Source of the DNA: an uncultured Pseudomonadota bacterium
GTDB taxonomy: Bacteria; Oederibacteriota; Muellerivitia; Muellerivitales; Muellerivitaceae
Length of the DNA: 64,000 nucleotides
Direction of reading: 5' to 3'
NCBI GenBank assembly: GCA_963836235.1
Contig: CAWIIP010000001.1
Coordinates: 128,001-192,000, forward strand
Part shown: positions 30,515-40,965 of the stretch, piece by piece
Numbering within the stretch: the stretch's first letter is position 1
How the letters are laid out: every line of letters starts with the position of its first letter
The notes under the pieces: generated by a model
Databases searched by the model: none
What the model saw: only the letters and a program-made list of their open reading frames with translations
What the model was told of the DNA's origin: nothing
Position numbers and translations under genes: made by a program

Positions 30515-33100
30515 ATGACTCCCGATAAAAAAACAGACACCATCGAGGCGGTGAGCCGTTTTCGCCTCAAAAATGGGGCCACTCTTTTGGTAAAAGAGGA
30601 CCCCTCCACTCCCGTTGTGTCCCTCAATATTTGGATTGAAGCCGGCTCCATTGATGAACGCCCCGACGAAAGGGGAATGGCCCATTTGATCGAACACATG
30701 ATCTTTAAGGGCACTTCCGACCGGGGGGTGGGTGAAATTTCGCGCCAAGTCGAGGCCGCGGGTGGTTATTTAAATGCTTTTACCAGTTTCGAACATACTT
30801 GTTTTTATGTCGTGCTGCCGAGCGCTCAGATTCAAAAAGCCCTTGAAATCGAATTCGACGCCTATCTAAATTCAACTTTTGACGCGAAGGAACTCGCCAA
30901 GGAAAAGGAGGTTGTTTTCGAGGAAATGAGGATGCGCCAAGACGACCCTTGGAGCTGGTCCTGGGAAATTCTATTCAGGGTTCTTTTTAAACGCAATCCT
31001 TACCACTGGCCGGTCATCGGCGACATGAAAATCCTGAAAGCGGTCCCGCGAGAAAGACTTTTGAACTATTACAAAAGACATTATGTTCCATCCAATACGG
31101 TAATCGCGGTTGTCGGAAATGTCACAGCGCCAAAAATCCTTGACTGGGTGAAGAAAAATTTCGAAAGGCACAGTTTTCCTAAGGCTCCCCCCAGAAAATT
31201 TCTAGCTGATCCCGAGCCCCAGGGACTTCAACTTCATGTCCAAGGCGGCGAAGTTCAACAAACTTACATGTCCCTAGGCTTTCCTTCGGTCCCATTGAGC
31301 GACCCAGACGCGGCATCTTTGGAGATTCTGGCGGCATTATTGGGGGATGGTCCCGCGAGCCGTCTCAACTTGTCGCTTCGGGAAAAGAGTCAATCGGTCG
31401 ACGACGCCGCCGCGGAATATTTTTCAGGAAAGTACGGGGGAGCGTTTGTTTTTCAAGGCTTGACGGATATCAGGCGCCTTGAGGCCTGCGTGAAAGAAAT
31501 GATGGCGGTGGCGAAAGAGACCTTTACCCTGGGTATTCCTGGCGCCGAGCTTCAGAAGGTCAAAAACAAAGTCAAAGCCTCCAAAATTTTTGAAAAACAA
31601 AACATGGATGGGCAAGCGAAAAATTTGGGTTTTTGGGAACTGCAGGGGGGCTATGAGCTCGAGGAAAAATTTTTAAAGGAACTCGACCTTGTTCAGCCGG
31701 AAGACCTAAAAAGGGTCGGTGAAAAGTTCCTCCAACCCCACCGGGCCACCATGATTATCTATCATCCAAAATCACAAAAAGTAAACGAAAAGGCTTTTTA
31801 TTGGGAATCCATTCTTAAGGAGGGCATGGATTCCGTCCAGGCCCCGGTCCGCACCAAAATTATTTCTCAGAAGAAAATCAAAAAAATCATACTTAAGGAT
31901 GGGTCTTCGCTTTGGATAAAGGAAAGAAAAAATCTTCCGTTGGTTTCCATCGGAGTATTCCTTCCGGGTGGCTTCTCGGACGAACCCAAGAACCAATATG
32001 GCATTACTTCCTTCATGACCAAGTGCCTGCAAAAGGGCACCCGTGATAAAAGTTATGAAAAATTTTCAAATGAAATAGAAAGTTACGCGGCGCATTTGGA
32101 CAGTTCTATGGAAAAAGACTATTGGTATGTCGCGCTGGATGTCCTGAAACCCCATTTTGAGCGGGCACTCGAGTTAATGGTGGAATCCTTTAGGGAACCT
32201 GCCTTTTCACCGTCGGAGGTAGAAAAAGAAAAACAAATGCAGCTTTCGGCTATCTCCCGATTGAAGGATGATCCTGCTGAATACGCCCTTCTCCGATCCG
32301 ATGTATTAACCTTTGATCAGACCCCTTACGCCCACATGCCTCTTGGAACCCGTAAAACGATCTCTCATCTCTCGGCTTTAGACGTTCGAAATTGGCACGA
32401 AAAGTTTCTTTCCGCGGGGAATTTTACTTGGGTTGCTGTCGGGGACGTTGACTCTATCCGGTTAAAAAATTTTTTAAATTTAAAATTTAAAAAGATATTG
32501 AGAAAAAAAAGAACCATCACAAAAATCAAAAAGACGATAACCCCGTTGACGGCACAAACACTACGGTTGAAAAGCAATAACCAACAAGCCAATTTGGTTC
32601 TGGGATTTAAAGCTCCTGCCTTTCATTCGAACGACTATTTTCCATTCCGCGTTCTTAATACACTTCTGAACGGAATGGGAGGGAGACTATTTTCGGAATT
32701 GCGCGAAAAAAGGAGCTTGGCTTATAGTGTTTTTGCGGCCCATGACGCTGGTGTTTTAGGAGGTATTTATCAAATCTATATTGGTTGTGCCCCGGAAAAA
32801 ACCGAAGAGGCTAAAAAAGAAATGCTAAAAGTTATCGATTCCGTTATTCGAGGAACCTTCTCAAAAGGGGAAATTGACAGAGCAAAAACTTATATGATTG
32901 GATTATACCAAGTAGGACTCCAAGCGAACCAATCACAGGTTCATTCTTATGCCCGTTATCAGATGTTGGGTTTCGGCGCTCTTTGGGTTGATAAATTTCC
33001 TGAACTTATTCAAAGGGTGACGCTTCGAGACATCCAAAAAGTCGCCCAAAAATATCTCGATACTGAAAATAAAACTTGGGTCTATTTGACTCCGGGGTGA
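30515..33100 (+). CDS. M16 (pitrilysin/insulinase) zinc peptidase, two-half single chain
   Basis: HLIEH inverted zinc motif, NAFTS, C-terminal LREKRSLAY. Confidence 0.92.
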   Translation: MTPDKKTDTIEAVSRFRLKNGATLLVKEDPSTPVVSLNIWIEAGSIDERPDERGMAHLIEHMIFKGTSDRGVGEISRQVEAAGGYLNAFTSFEHTCFYVVLPSAQIQKALEIEFDAYLNSTFDAKELAKEKEVVFEEMRMRQDDPWSWSWEILFRVLFKRNPYHWPVIGDMKILKAVPRERLLNYYKRHYVPSNTVIAVVGNVTAPKILDWVKKNFERHSFPKAPPRKFLADPEPQGLQLHVQGGEVQQTYMSLGFPSVPLSDPDAASLEILAALLGDGPASRLNLSLREKSQSVDDAAAEYFSGKYGGAFVFQGLTDIRRLEACVKEMMAVAKETFTLGIPGAELQKVKNKVKASKIFEKQNMDGQAKNLGFWELQGGYELEEKFLKELDLVQPEDLKRVGEKFLQPHRATMIIYHPKSQKVNEKAFYWESILKEGMDSVQAPVRTKIISQKKIKKIILKDGSSLWIKERKNLPLVSIGVFLPGGFSDEPKNQYGITSFMTKCLQKGTRDKSYEKFSNEIESYAAHLDSSMEKDYWYVALDVLKPHFERALELMVESFREPAFSPSEVEKEKQMQLSAISRLKDDPAEYALLRSDVLTFDQTPYAHMPLGTRKTISHLSALDVRNWHEKFLSAGNFTWVAVGDVDSIRLKNFLNLKFKKILRKKRTITKIKKTITPLTAQTLRLKSNNQQANLVLGFKAPAFHSNDYFPFRVLNTLLNGMGGRLFSELREKRSLAYSVFAAHDAGVLGGIYQIYIGCAPEKTEEAKKEMLKVIDSVIRGTFSKGEIDRAKTYMIGLYQVGLQANQSQVHSYARYQMLGFGALWVDKFPELIQRVTLRDIQKVAQKYLDTENKTWVYLTPG

Positions 33101-33113
33101 AAGGAAATTATAA

Positions 33114-33422
33114 ATGTTTGTTTTGACGAATTTTTTAGGCGCGTTAACAGATTTGCTCGACTGGTTTTTGGGAGCGGCGATCATCCTGATTATTGTTCGG
33201 GCGCTTTTATCTTGGGTCAATCCGGACCCTTACAATAGTTTAGTGCGGGCCATTCAGGCCCTGTCCGAACCCTTTCTAAAACCCTTTCGACGTTTATTAC
33301 CACCATGGAAACTGAATGGGTTGGATTTATCACCCCTTTTAGCTGTTTTGGCCCTGGAATTCGCGAGAAGGTTCGTTATTGCCACCCTTTGGGATATCAT
33401 CAGCCGCCTTAAGTCCAATTAA
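33114..33422 (+). CDS. yggT: YggT-family membrane protein
   Basis: RALLSWVNPDPYN...EPFLKPFRR...LDLSPL. Confidence 0.92.
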   Translation: MFVLTNFLGALTDLLDWFLGAAIILIIVRALLSWVNPDPYNSLVRAIQALSEPFLKPFRRLLPPWKLNGLDLSPLLAVLALEFARRFVIATLWDIISRLKSN

Positions 33423-33507
33423 GAGCTTTTTAACCATTCCGGGATGAATTATATTGAATCCGATTATTTACATTTTGTTTTGAATTACCGTTACTCGGGA
33501 GTTTGAG

Positions 33508-35865
33508 TTGTTTTTCAGGTCATTCTGCTTTTTCCAACGCTATTGGCTTTGCTATCTCTTTTTCCTCAGCCAACCCCTTTTCGCCCTTGAACCCCTACCG
33601 GAACAGGATGCTTATGGCTTAGGAATGGGAAGCGCGGTTGCCGCCATCGCAGGTGGAACCCATGCCATTGAGTGGAATCCCGCTGGAGTGGCGAGGGCCA
33701 ACGTTCCCATGGCCCAAATGGGATTAGGTTTTGATCCCGCTTCAATGGATATAGAGTTCAATACGAGTGTGTTATACCCGGTTCAAGACGGAACGGTATT
33801 TGCTTTATCCCAATTTTCCGATTTTCCAAAGTCTCCAACTTCAAGAACGACTTATGTGGGAACGGTCGCCCTGCCCCTCAATTCCTCCAAAGATTTTTTC
33901 GTGGGGTTGAACCTCAAATATTTAGCGATATCAACCCCCAACGGATCGGCGATTGAAAATGGCCAAGGGTTTGGATTGGATTTTGGATTGACTTATGATC
34001 TTCGCCGACCTCAGGGAACCATAGCTTCTTTCGCTCTTGCCATCAAAGACCTTGATACAGAAGTCCGATTTAACGATACGTTGGACCAGCCCATTACCCG
34101 AACCTTTATTTTGGGCGCTGCCTATGAAAATATCCAAGACACCCGGATCGAGATGGATTACGACATAATCGATCAAACGTTACAGGATAGTACTTTACAT
34201 AACCGACTGAGATTGGGCGTGGAAAGGTTTTTGGATGACAGGTTCTATTCGGTTCGTTTGGGGTATGACGATTTGTTTGGCAGCGATGGATATTTTTCCC
34301 TGGGCGCCGGTTATCATCCCAACCAGCCTTATGAAATTACTTATTCGTTTAGGGTTTCAACCAATGACGGCCGGTTTTCGCATTTTTTGTCACTTATTTA
34401 TCGTTTTGACGAGGCCAGTAAAAGCGAGCCAGCGGGTACGGTACCCGCGACCGCTTCTTCGTCCGTGATCAATCTTGGAGCTTCCGCGGATTTAACCCAA
34501 CCGCCGGCGATTTCGGGCAACCCCATTTCCTCCCCTCCGCTTCAAAAAATGTCCATTGTGGTTGATCCCTCTGTTTTTTCGCCTTCCGGAAATCAAAAAA
34601 CGACTTCCATTTCCTTTCCCGGAGATCGCTCAATTAATGTGGCTCGTTGGATAGTGATTATCCAGTCGTCCGACCAGAAGATTATCCGACGATTGGGTGG
34701 AACCGGTCCCATTGAACCGTCTTTCATTTGGGATGGCTTGGATGATGAAGGAAAGCCCCTTCCGGAAGGAAAATACAGAATTGGTTTAAAAACATTCAGC
34801 CAGAAAAACGACCTTCTTTCGGATGACTTTGCCTTGGTTGAGATTCTTTCGCCGCGATCCCATTTTGGAATCGAACCGACCGAAACCTATTTTTCAAAGC
34901 AGTCCTCTAAAAACAAAAGAAACGAAATAACCTTTAATGTTAACGCGGGCGGTTCACCTGAAGTTCAATCTTGGAACTTTGAAATCGACGAATCTCAGAC
35001 CCGCCAAGTTTTTTATGAAAAGTCTGGAAAATCCAGGCTGCCCAAATCCATCAAGTGGAGCGGCCGCAATTCGAGAGGAGAATCGGTGCCCGACGGGTCT
35101 TATATATGCCTCCTGACTGCGGTGGATAAGGCCGGGAATTCCCTTAAAACGGATGCAGTTCAAATTTTCGTTCATAATGCTCCGCCGGAATTATCCTTTG
35201 CGGACGAGGATAACTTGGTTGACTTTTCGTCCGCAAAGAAACTTCATTTCAATGTCAATTTGGTTGATTCAATCGGGGTCGAAAGCTGGAAATTGATCAT
35301 TTTGGACGAAGATCATCAGCCTCTCAAAATATTGGAAGGTATGGGTCAGCCCTCCAAAGACCTCATGTGGGACGGAAAAATCGACAATGGTCGTGATATA
35401 GAACCGGGTGCATTCATTCAGTGTTTTTTTTCAGCCACCGACAAAGCTGGAAACACAACCCTATCCGATCCGATTCCCATCCAGGTGGATTACCATCCCC
35501 CTTCGAACCAAGAACAATTGACGCTCAATTTAACAACGGTTCACTTCGATTCGATGAGTTCTAACTTGACTGAATCGGGAAAGAGGGAAATCGAAAAGGC
35601 TGCCGAGTCGATAAAGCCTTACATCCAAAAAAGCATTCTACTGGTCAAAGGTTATGCCGCGCCCTCCGAATCCGGGGATACCCTTTCTTTGTCCCACTCA
35701 AGAGCTCTCGAAGTGAAAAAATACCTTATTCAAACTCTTAAAATTCCGGCCGACACAATTCTTGCGATTGGTTATTCCAACCGGGATCCATTGAAATCTT
35801 CTTCGAATACCGTCTCTGAAGACCAGCAACGTCGGGCGGTTCTTACTTTGACCACATTGCCCTAA
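33508..35865 (+). CDS. PorV-like barrel + three FlgD-Ig-like repeats + OmpA-like C-terminal domain
   Basis: GLGMGSAVAAIAGG..AIEWNPAGV; repeats WDGLDDEGKPLPEGKY, WSGRNSRGESVPDGSY, WDGKIDNG; OmpA-like VHFD...LSHSRALEVKKYL...QRRA. Confidence 0.75.
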   Translation: MFFRSFCFFQRYWLCYLFFLSQPLFALEPLPEQDAYGLGMGSAVAAIAGGTHAIEWNPAGVARANVPMAQMGLGFDPASMDIEFNTSVLYPVQDGTVFALSQFSDFPKSPTSRTTYVGTVALPLNSSKDFFVGLNLKYLAISTPNGSAIENGQGFGLDFGLTYDLRRPQGTIASFALAIKDLDTEVRFNDTLDQPITRTFILGAAYENIQDTRIEMDYDIIDQTLQDSTLHNRLRLGVERFLDDRFYSVRLGYDDLFGSDGYFSLGAGYHPNQPYEITYSFRVSTNDGRFSHFLSLIYRFDEASKSEPAGTVPATASSSVINLGASADLTQPPAISGNPISSPPLQKMSIVVDPSVFSPSGNQKTTSISFPGDRSINVARWIVIIQSSDQKIIRRLGGTGPIEPSFIWDGLDDEGKPLPEGKYRIGLKTFSQKNDLLSDDFALVEILSPRSHFGIEPTETYFSKQSSKNKRNEITFNVNAGGSPEVQSWNFEIDESQTRQVFYEKSGKSRLPKSIKWSGRNSRGESVPDGSYICLLTAVDKAGNSLKTDAVQIFVHNAPPELSFADEDNLVDFSSAKKLHFNVNLVDSIGVESWKLIILDEDHQPLKILEGMGQPSKDLMWDGKIDNGRDIEPGAFIQCFFSATDKAGNTTLSDPIPIQVDYHPPSNQEQLTLNLTTVHFDSMSSNLTESGKREIEKAAESIKPYIQKSILLVKGYAAPSESGDTLSLSHSRALEVKKYLIQTLKIPADTILAIGYSNRDPLKSSSNTVSEDQQRRAVLTLTTLP

Positions 35866-35959
35866 GACGATCCCCGGCAATAAAACGATTCATTTCCATG
35901 GTCCCCTCAAAATTTGTTAATATGGGTCGAAAAATTCCTTTTCGGGATAGACCCTTGTC

Positions 35960-37270
35960 ATGAAAAAACTTCTCTTTTTGTTTTTATTCGCCGCGCTTTT
36001 CTTTGGCTTGACCCAGTTTTTAGTCCAACGAAATCATGATGTTTTAAATGACGCATCCGTCATTCATTTGACGCTATGGAACGTCCCCCCTAAATCCTTG
36101 CCCCTGGACCGGCAGCTTTGGGAAGAAACGGTCAGCCGTTTTGAAAAAGAAAATCCGGATATCAAAATCGATGGGGTTGAAAGGGAATATCAACCGGAAG
36201 AGTTCATCACCGTTATGGCTGGGGGGAAAGGCCCGGATTTGGTCAAGGTTTGGGCGGGTTCCATTCAAACCCTCGCATCCCTCGGGTTTTTGGAGCCTAT
36301 TGATACCTACATCCAAAACTGGACCCAACAAGATTTCATCAATCCGGTTTTATGGCAGAGTACCCAAGTTGGCAACCACTTGTACGGTATTCCCGCCGAC
36401 ACTTATTTCCTATTTTTGCTTTATCGAAAGGATCTTTTTATCAAAGCCGGTTTAAATCCCGATAATCCTCCGGCTACTTGGGACGATCTTGTGACGGATG
36501 CAAGGGCTCTAACCCATCGGGAAAATGGACAGTATGGGCTTGGCTTAGTCCCCAAAACATGGTATTTCCAAGACTTTGTCTGGCAGGCTGGAGGGGAAAT
36601 GGTCCGGATAGAAAATGGAAGGCCCCATGCCGCCTTTTCAGAAGCCCCGGCCGTCCTTGCCTTGAAGTTTTGGAAGGATTTAAGATGGAAATACAATGTT
36701 CTTCAACCCGACGTCCTCATACAGGAACCCGAGCTTTTGCATTTGTTCGCCCTTGGAAAAGTCGGCATGATTTTGGGAGTGGCGGACGAACTGCCTGCCC
36801 TGATCAGCCGATATAAAATTGATCCACAAACTTTTGGGATCGCCCCATTGCCGGCCGGCCCCGCCGGCCGGGCCGCCCATCTCGGGGGGAATATCTATGT
36901 GATCAACGCTTCTTCAGCGGATGAAAAAAAGAAGGCGGCTTGGAAATGGATCGAATTTGAGCTCTCGCCCTTGAACCAATTATGGAAATGGGAAAGGATG
37001 CATCAGCTTGCCATGGTCATTTTCCCAGGGGCCTTTGGATCATCAACGGAAGTTGCCAATATCCCGGAATTTAAACTGGTCAAAGACGCCTTGGACACCG
37101 CCAAATTCGAGCCCCATGTTAATGGTTGGCCGCAGGTTCGGGATCTTTTAGACGAGGATCCGCTGCAAAATATCTTTTTAGACCCGGACGCGGATCCCCA
37201 AAATTTATTGACGGCTTTTGCTAAAGAAGCGGACCGGGATATTCTTTTAAAAGAATCCCCATCCCCCTAG
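35960..37270 (+). CDS. Carbohydrate ABC transporter substrate-binding protein
   Basis: FEKENPDIKI, LYGIP, LYRKDLF, PPATWDDL, AAWKWIEF. Confidence 0.9.
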   Translation: MKKLLFLFLFAALFFGLTQFLVQRNHDVLNDASVIHLTLWNVPPKSLPLDRQLWEETVSRFEKENPDIKIDGVEREYQPEEFITVMAGGKGPDLVKVWAGSIQTLASLGFLEPIDTYIQNWTQQDFINPVLWQSTQVGNHLYGIPADTYFLFLLYRKDLFIKAGLNPDNPPATWDDLVTDARALTHRENGQYGLGLVPKTWYFQDFVWQAGGEMVRIENGRPHAAFSEAPAVLALKFWKDLRWKYNVLQPDVLIQEPELLHLFALGKVGMILGVADELPALISRYKIDPQTFGIAPLPAGPAGRAAHLGGNIYVINASSADEKKKAAWKWIEFELSPLNQLWKWERMHQLAMVIFPGAFGSSTEVANIPEFKLVKDALDTAKFEPHVNGWPQVRDLLDEDPLQNIFLDPDADPQNLLTAFAKEADRDILLKESPSP

Positions 37271-37319
37271 TTGAAATGATAAAGGTATCCGTTTTATATC
37301 TGACCAGGAGTTTCGTTTA

Positions 37320-38591
37320 ATGCCAGAGTACAAGCCTTTTTCAATTTATGACGATGATGAAGAAAAAGACAAATCCATTATTATTCCAAAAGAAATGGCG
37401 GATGGAGGTGGTGAACTTAACCTGGAGATCGAGGATGTTCCTACTCGCAATGATGAAGAGATCCGTCGGGGCGCAATACAATCATTAGGTGAAGTGGATT
37501 CTTTCGTGACCGAAAAAAGTTCCGGCCCCGGAATATCCGAATCCCTGGAACAAACCCCCTTTCTTCAAGGCCTATCCGCAGAAAGCGTTGAAGATAGGGC
37601 GAAGGCCATGATTCGGAAACGCCAGGAAACAGGGAAGATTCGTGACCGCCGCAAAACCGCTTCTATTTTTGATAAGCCCATTGAACCGGACAAAGCCATA
37701 AAACAAGGCCGGGTGGCTTGGCATCCCCTGAGTTATCGGGCGCAAGCTTTTTGGTTTTTATTCCCGGCCCTTGTTTTTTTTGGTCTTTTTTATCTTTATC
37801 CTACGATCAAAGGTTTCCAAATTAGCTTGACGCATTACAGCCCCTTGGGCCAGAGCGTGGATGTCGGTTGGAATAATTACAACAGAGCCTTTGATGATTC
37901 CCGCTTTATTCAAACGGTTGCCAACGCGACCTTTTTTACCTTGTTTTCCTTGGTGCTTGGCCTATGGCCGCCAATATTATTGGCGGTGTTTCTTAATGAA
38001 ATCACGTTTGGAAAAGGGCTGTTTAAAGTGCTTTATCTTTTGCCTTTTGTCATTCCCGCCATACCCGCCGCAAATCTTTGGAAATGGATGTTTGACCAGG
38101 GCTTTGGCGTTTTCAACTCGATTTTGATTTGGATATCCCCCTCCATCACTCCCGTGGGATGGCTGACGGATCCCAGATGGGCCCTCATTTCCATCGTGAT
38201 CATGTTTGTTTGGAAAAACACAGGCTGGTTCATGTTGATTTACTATGCCTCGCTTCAAAATTTGCCCGAAGAATTTTATGAAGCCGCAGAACTAGATGGC
38301 GCCGGTCTCGTAAAGAAATTTTTCAATATCACCATACCCCATTTGGGCCCCGTCATTGGAATTTTGTCGGTTATCCAGGTTCTCACGGCATTCCAGATAT
38401 TCACTGAGGTGTACGTCATGACGAACGGCGGTCCCATGCACGCAACCGAAGTCATTGGAACTTATATTTATAAGACGGCTTTTGGAGCGATGGATTTGGG
38501 CTATGCTTCGGCGATGGCGATGTTGATGTTCGGAGTTTTATTCGTTTTTACCATGATTCGATTCCTACAAATGAGACAAACGGCCCGATGA
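37320..38591 (+). CDS. Carbohydrate ABC permease (MalF/UgpA-like) with long cytoplasmic N-terminal extension
   Basis: EEFYEAAELDGAG EAA loop; VYVMTNGGP; GYASAMA. Confidence 0.9.
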   Translation: MPEYKPFSIYDDDEEKDKSIIIPKEMADGGGELNLEIEDVPTRNDEEIRRGAIQSLGEVDSFVTEKSSGPGISESLEQTPFLQGLSAESVEDRAKAMIRKRQETGKIRDRRKTASIFDKPIEPDKAIKQGRVAWHPLSYRAQAFWFLFPALVFFGLFYLYPTIKGFQISLTHYSPLGQSVDVGWNNYNRAFDDSRFIQTVANATFFTLFSLVLGLWPPILLAVFLNEITFGKGLFKVLYLLPFVIPAIPAANLWKWMFDQGFGVFNSILIWISPSITPVGWLTDPRWALISIVIMFVWKNTGWFMLIYYASLQNLPEEFYEAAELDGAGLVKKFFNITIPHLGPVIGILSVIQVLTAFQIFTEVYVMTNGGPMHATEVIGTYIYKTAFGAMDLGYASAMAMLMFGVLFVFTMIRFLQMRQTAR

Positions 38592-38609
38592 CCGAAAGAA
38601 AAGGTTGAA

Positions 38610-39539
38610 ATGGAAAATTTCGTGACAGTGGTTCAAGGAAAAGGCAAAGTAAAACAAGCCCGGGGCCTGTTTTCATCACTGGACCGGAAGAAAAAACGGG
38701 TCCAGCTTCTTTTAACGGGTTCCTTTGTTTTTTTAGCCCTAGGCGCCTTGATTACTTTGGCCCCGATTTTATGGATGGTACTGGGTTCCTTCAAGACACC
38801 GTCCGAAATTTATTCCGTCCCTCAATCCTATGTTCCGGAAAATTTTAACTTTGATAATTTCCGGGAGGCGTTGAGACTGGTCGACTTCGACCGGTATTTC
38901 CTGAACAGTTTATTTATGTGTGCCTGTGTTGTCACAGGCCAACTACTGATCAGCTCCATGGCGGCCTATTCCCTGACCAAGTTACGCGTCCGGTTCGCGG
39001 GGGGGATATTGCTGCTTTTTATGACAAGCCTTATGGTTCCTTTTGAAGTTTTGGTCATACCCCTTTATTTGATCATTAAATTTTTTCCTTTCGGCCAAGG
39101 TTTCCAAAACATTAATCTCGTTAATACCTATTGGGCTCTCATCCTGCCAGGTGTTTTCAGCGCCTTTAGCATTATCGTGTTGAAAGATTTTTATGATTCC
39201 ATCCCGAATGAGATTATCTATGCGGCCCGAATTGATGGCTGCAGCGAAGCCAGGGTTTTTTTCCGTTTTATCCTTCCGATGACGAAGCCCATTATGTCCA
39301 TTCTTGGTATTTTTTCTTTTGTCACGACCTGGAACAGCTTTTTTTGGCCCCTAATTGTTTTGAACAATCCAAATTATTATCCTCTTGTTTTGGGTGTCCA
39401 AAAACTAATTGACACGGGAGAACCTTGGAATGTCGTGATGGCTGCCCTTGTTTTGAGCACCATTCCCTCAGTTCTTCTGCTTCTTGTTTTCCAAAAAACA
39501 ATCATTCGGGGGATCGCCTATACGGGTTTGTACGGTTGA
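38610..39539 (+). CDS. Carbohydrate ABC permease (MalG/UgpE-like)
   Basis: SFKTPSEI, EIIYAARIDGCSE, WNSFFWPL. Confidence 0.9.
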   Translation: MENFVTVVQGKGKVKQARGLFSSLDRKKKRVQLLLTGSFVFLALGALITLAPILWMVLGSFKTPSEIYSVPQSYVPENFNFDNFREALRLVDFDRYFLNSLFMCACVVTGQLLISSMAAYSLTKLRVRFAGGILLLFMTSLMVPFEVLVIPLYLIIKFFPFGQGFQNINLVNTYWALILPGVFSAFSIIVLKDFYDSIPNEIIYAARIDGCSEARVFFRFILPMTKPIMSILGIFSFVTTWNSFFWPLIVLNNPNYYPLVLGVQKLIDTGEPWNVVMAALVLSTIPSVLLLLVFQKTIIRGIAYTGLYG

Positions 39540-40114
39540 TGGGGTCTTCGAAACTAGCCCAAATCCAAAAGTGGGTTCCAACCCAGGTGAGCCGCCCTCG
39601 TTTAAATCACATTCAAGGGGTCGTCAAAATATCAGAGGGATTGGCGATCCGGTACGGCTTGCCAATTTACAAAGCCCGTGTAGCTGCTTGGCTGCATGAT
39701 TGCGCGAAGGAGTGGTCCAAGGTTGAAATGATGGCTTGGATTAAAAAGGGTTCGGGAGGTTTGGATCGAATGGAAAAGGACATGCCCGGACTCTGGCATC
39801 CCCATGCTGCCGAGGGAATCGCCCTTCGAAAATGGGGAATTAAAGATCCGAGCATTCTTGAGGCTATTCGGTGCCATACCTTGGGGCATCCGAAAATGAC
39901 TCCTTTGGCCCAATTGGTGTTTATCGCTGATTTTATCGAACCAGGCCGTCATTTTCCTGGAGTCTCCGGGGCTAGAAATAGGGCTTTTGAAGGATTGAGA
40001 GTCGGAGTTTTAACTAAAGCCTCGTTGACGATCGAATTCTTATTGGAGAAGAAAATGAAAATCCACCCCCGCCTTCTCGAAACCTGGAATTCTTTTTGCG
40101 GTGGTGGGAAATGA
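39539..40114 (+). CDS. yqeK: HD-domain Ap4A hydrolase YqeK
   Basis: RLNHIQGV, LHDCAKE, WHPH, AIRCHTLG, VFIADFIEPGR; ATG overlaps the upstream stop. Confidence 0.88.
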   Translation: MGSSKLAQIQKWVPTQVSRPRLNHIQGVVKISEGLAIRYGLPIYKARVAAWLHDCAKEWSKVEMMAWIKKGSGGLDRMEKDMPGLWHPHAAEGIALRKWGIKDPSILEAIRCHTLGHPKMTPLAQLVFIADFIEPGRHFPGVSGARNRAFEGLRVGVLTKASLTIEFLLEKKMKIHPRLLETWNSFCGGGK

Positions 40115-40965
40115 GAAAAACAGCAACCGCCTTTATCCTTGTTTTCGCGAGTTCGCTTTCCATTTTTGCCTTTTCTTTTTTGGCGAGTCATCCCGTGACT
40201 TTGTTTCTGTTAAAAGGGCAGGGCGATAATATCCAAGCGTTCAAAATAAGCGCTTATTTAAACGACCAGTACCCAAAGGTGGAAGCAATAAAACTCTCGG
40301 TCGAACAGAAAAAAGAAGGTGGGAAACTGCTCGACCAAAAAAACGAAAGTGATTTAGAGGAATTTTCAAAGGGTTTCGGTTCCTATTCCGCGGTGATAGG
40401 AATGCCTGGTGAGGGAGAAGGTTGGCCGGATTATTTAGGCGAGGGCTTGAAATGGATCGAGGGTGGAATGGCGCCGGAGGTTTTTGACAACCTGCAATGG
40501 GCCGATCGGGTTTATTTGGCCTTTTCCCTTAAGACTCCGCTACTCCAGTTTTTCCCGGCTGGTGAATTGCCATCAAACCAGGTCGTTGAAAATAAGGTGG
40601 CGGCAAATTCCACGATTGTCGTCAGCACGCTTATCCCGGAGAATCACATTGGCGCGGTCCGAGTGGAAATCCTAAATGGTTGTGGTATAACTAATGCCGC
40701 TGAGTGGGCCGCCCGACGGATGAAAGGGGCTGGAATCACCATCATCGATTCCGGTAACGCGGATAATTTTAACTATCCCAAAACCGTCGTCCGGACCTCC
40801 GGGGAAATACCAATGGCATTGGAAGAGGCTTTGGGTCGATTGGGCCTTTCCAAGGATTCGATACAGGAAAACCCAGCTTCCAGCCCAACAGTCGATGCGG
40901 TTGTCATCGTGGGAAGGGATTTTCACAAATTGAAAGGGCGTCGTTATGAGCGAAATCATTACTGA
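40111..40965 (+). CDS. LytR C-terminal domain-containing membrane protein
   Basis: VRVEILNGCGITNAA...GNADNFNYPKT...VVIVGRDF; N-terminal TM. Confidence 0.85.
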   Translation: MRKTATAFILVFASSLSIFAFSFLASHPVTLFLLKGQGDNIQAFKISAYLNDQYPKVEAIKLSVEQKKEGGKLLDQKNESDLEEFSKGFGSYSAVIGMPGEGEGWPDYLGEGLKWIEGGMAPEVFDNLQWADRVYLAFSLKTPLLQFFPAGELPSNQVVENKVAANSTIVVSTLIPENHIGAVRVEILNGCGITNAAEWAARRMKGAGITIIDSGNADNFNYPKTVVRTSGEIPMALEEALGRLGLSKDSIQENPASSPTVDAVVIVGRDFHKLKGRRYERNHY

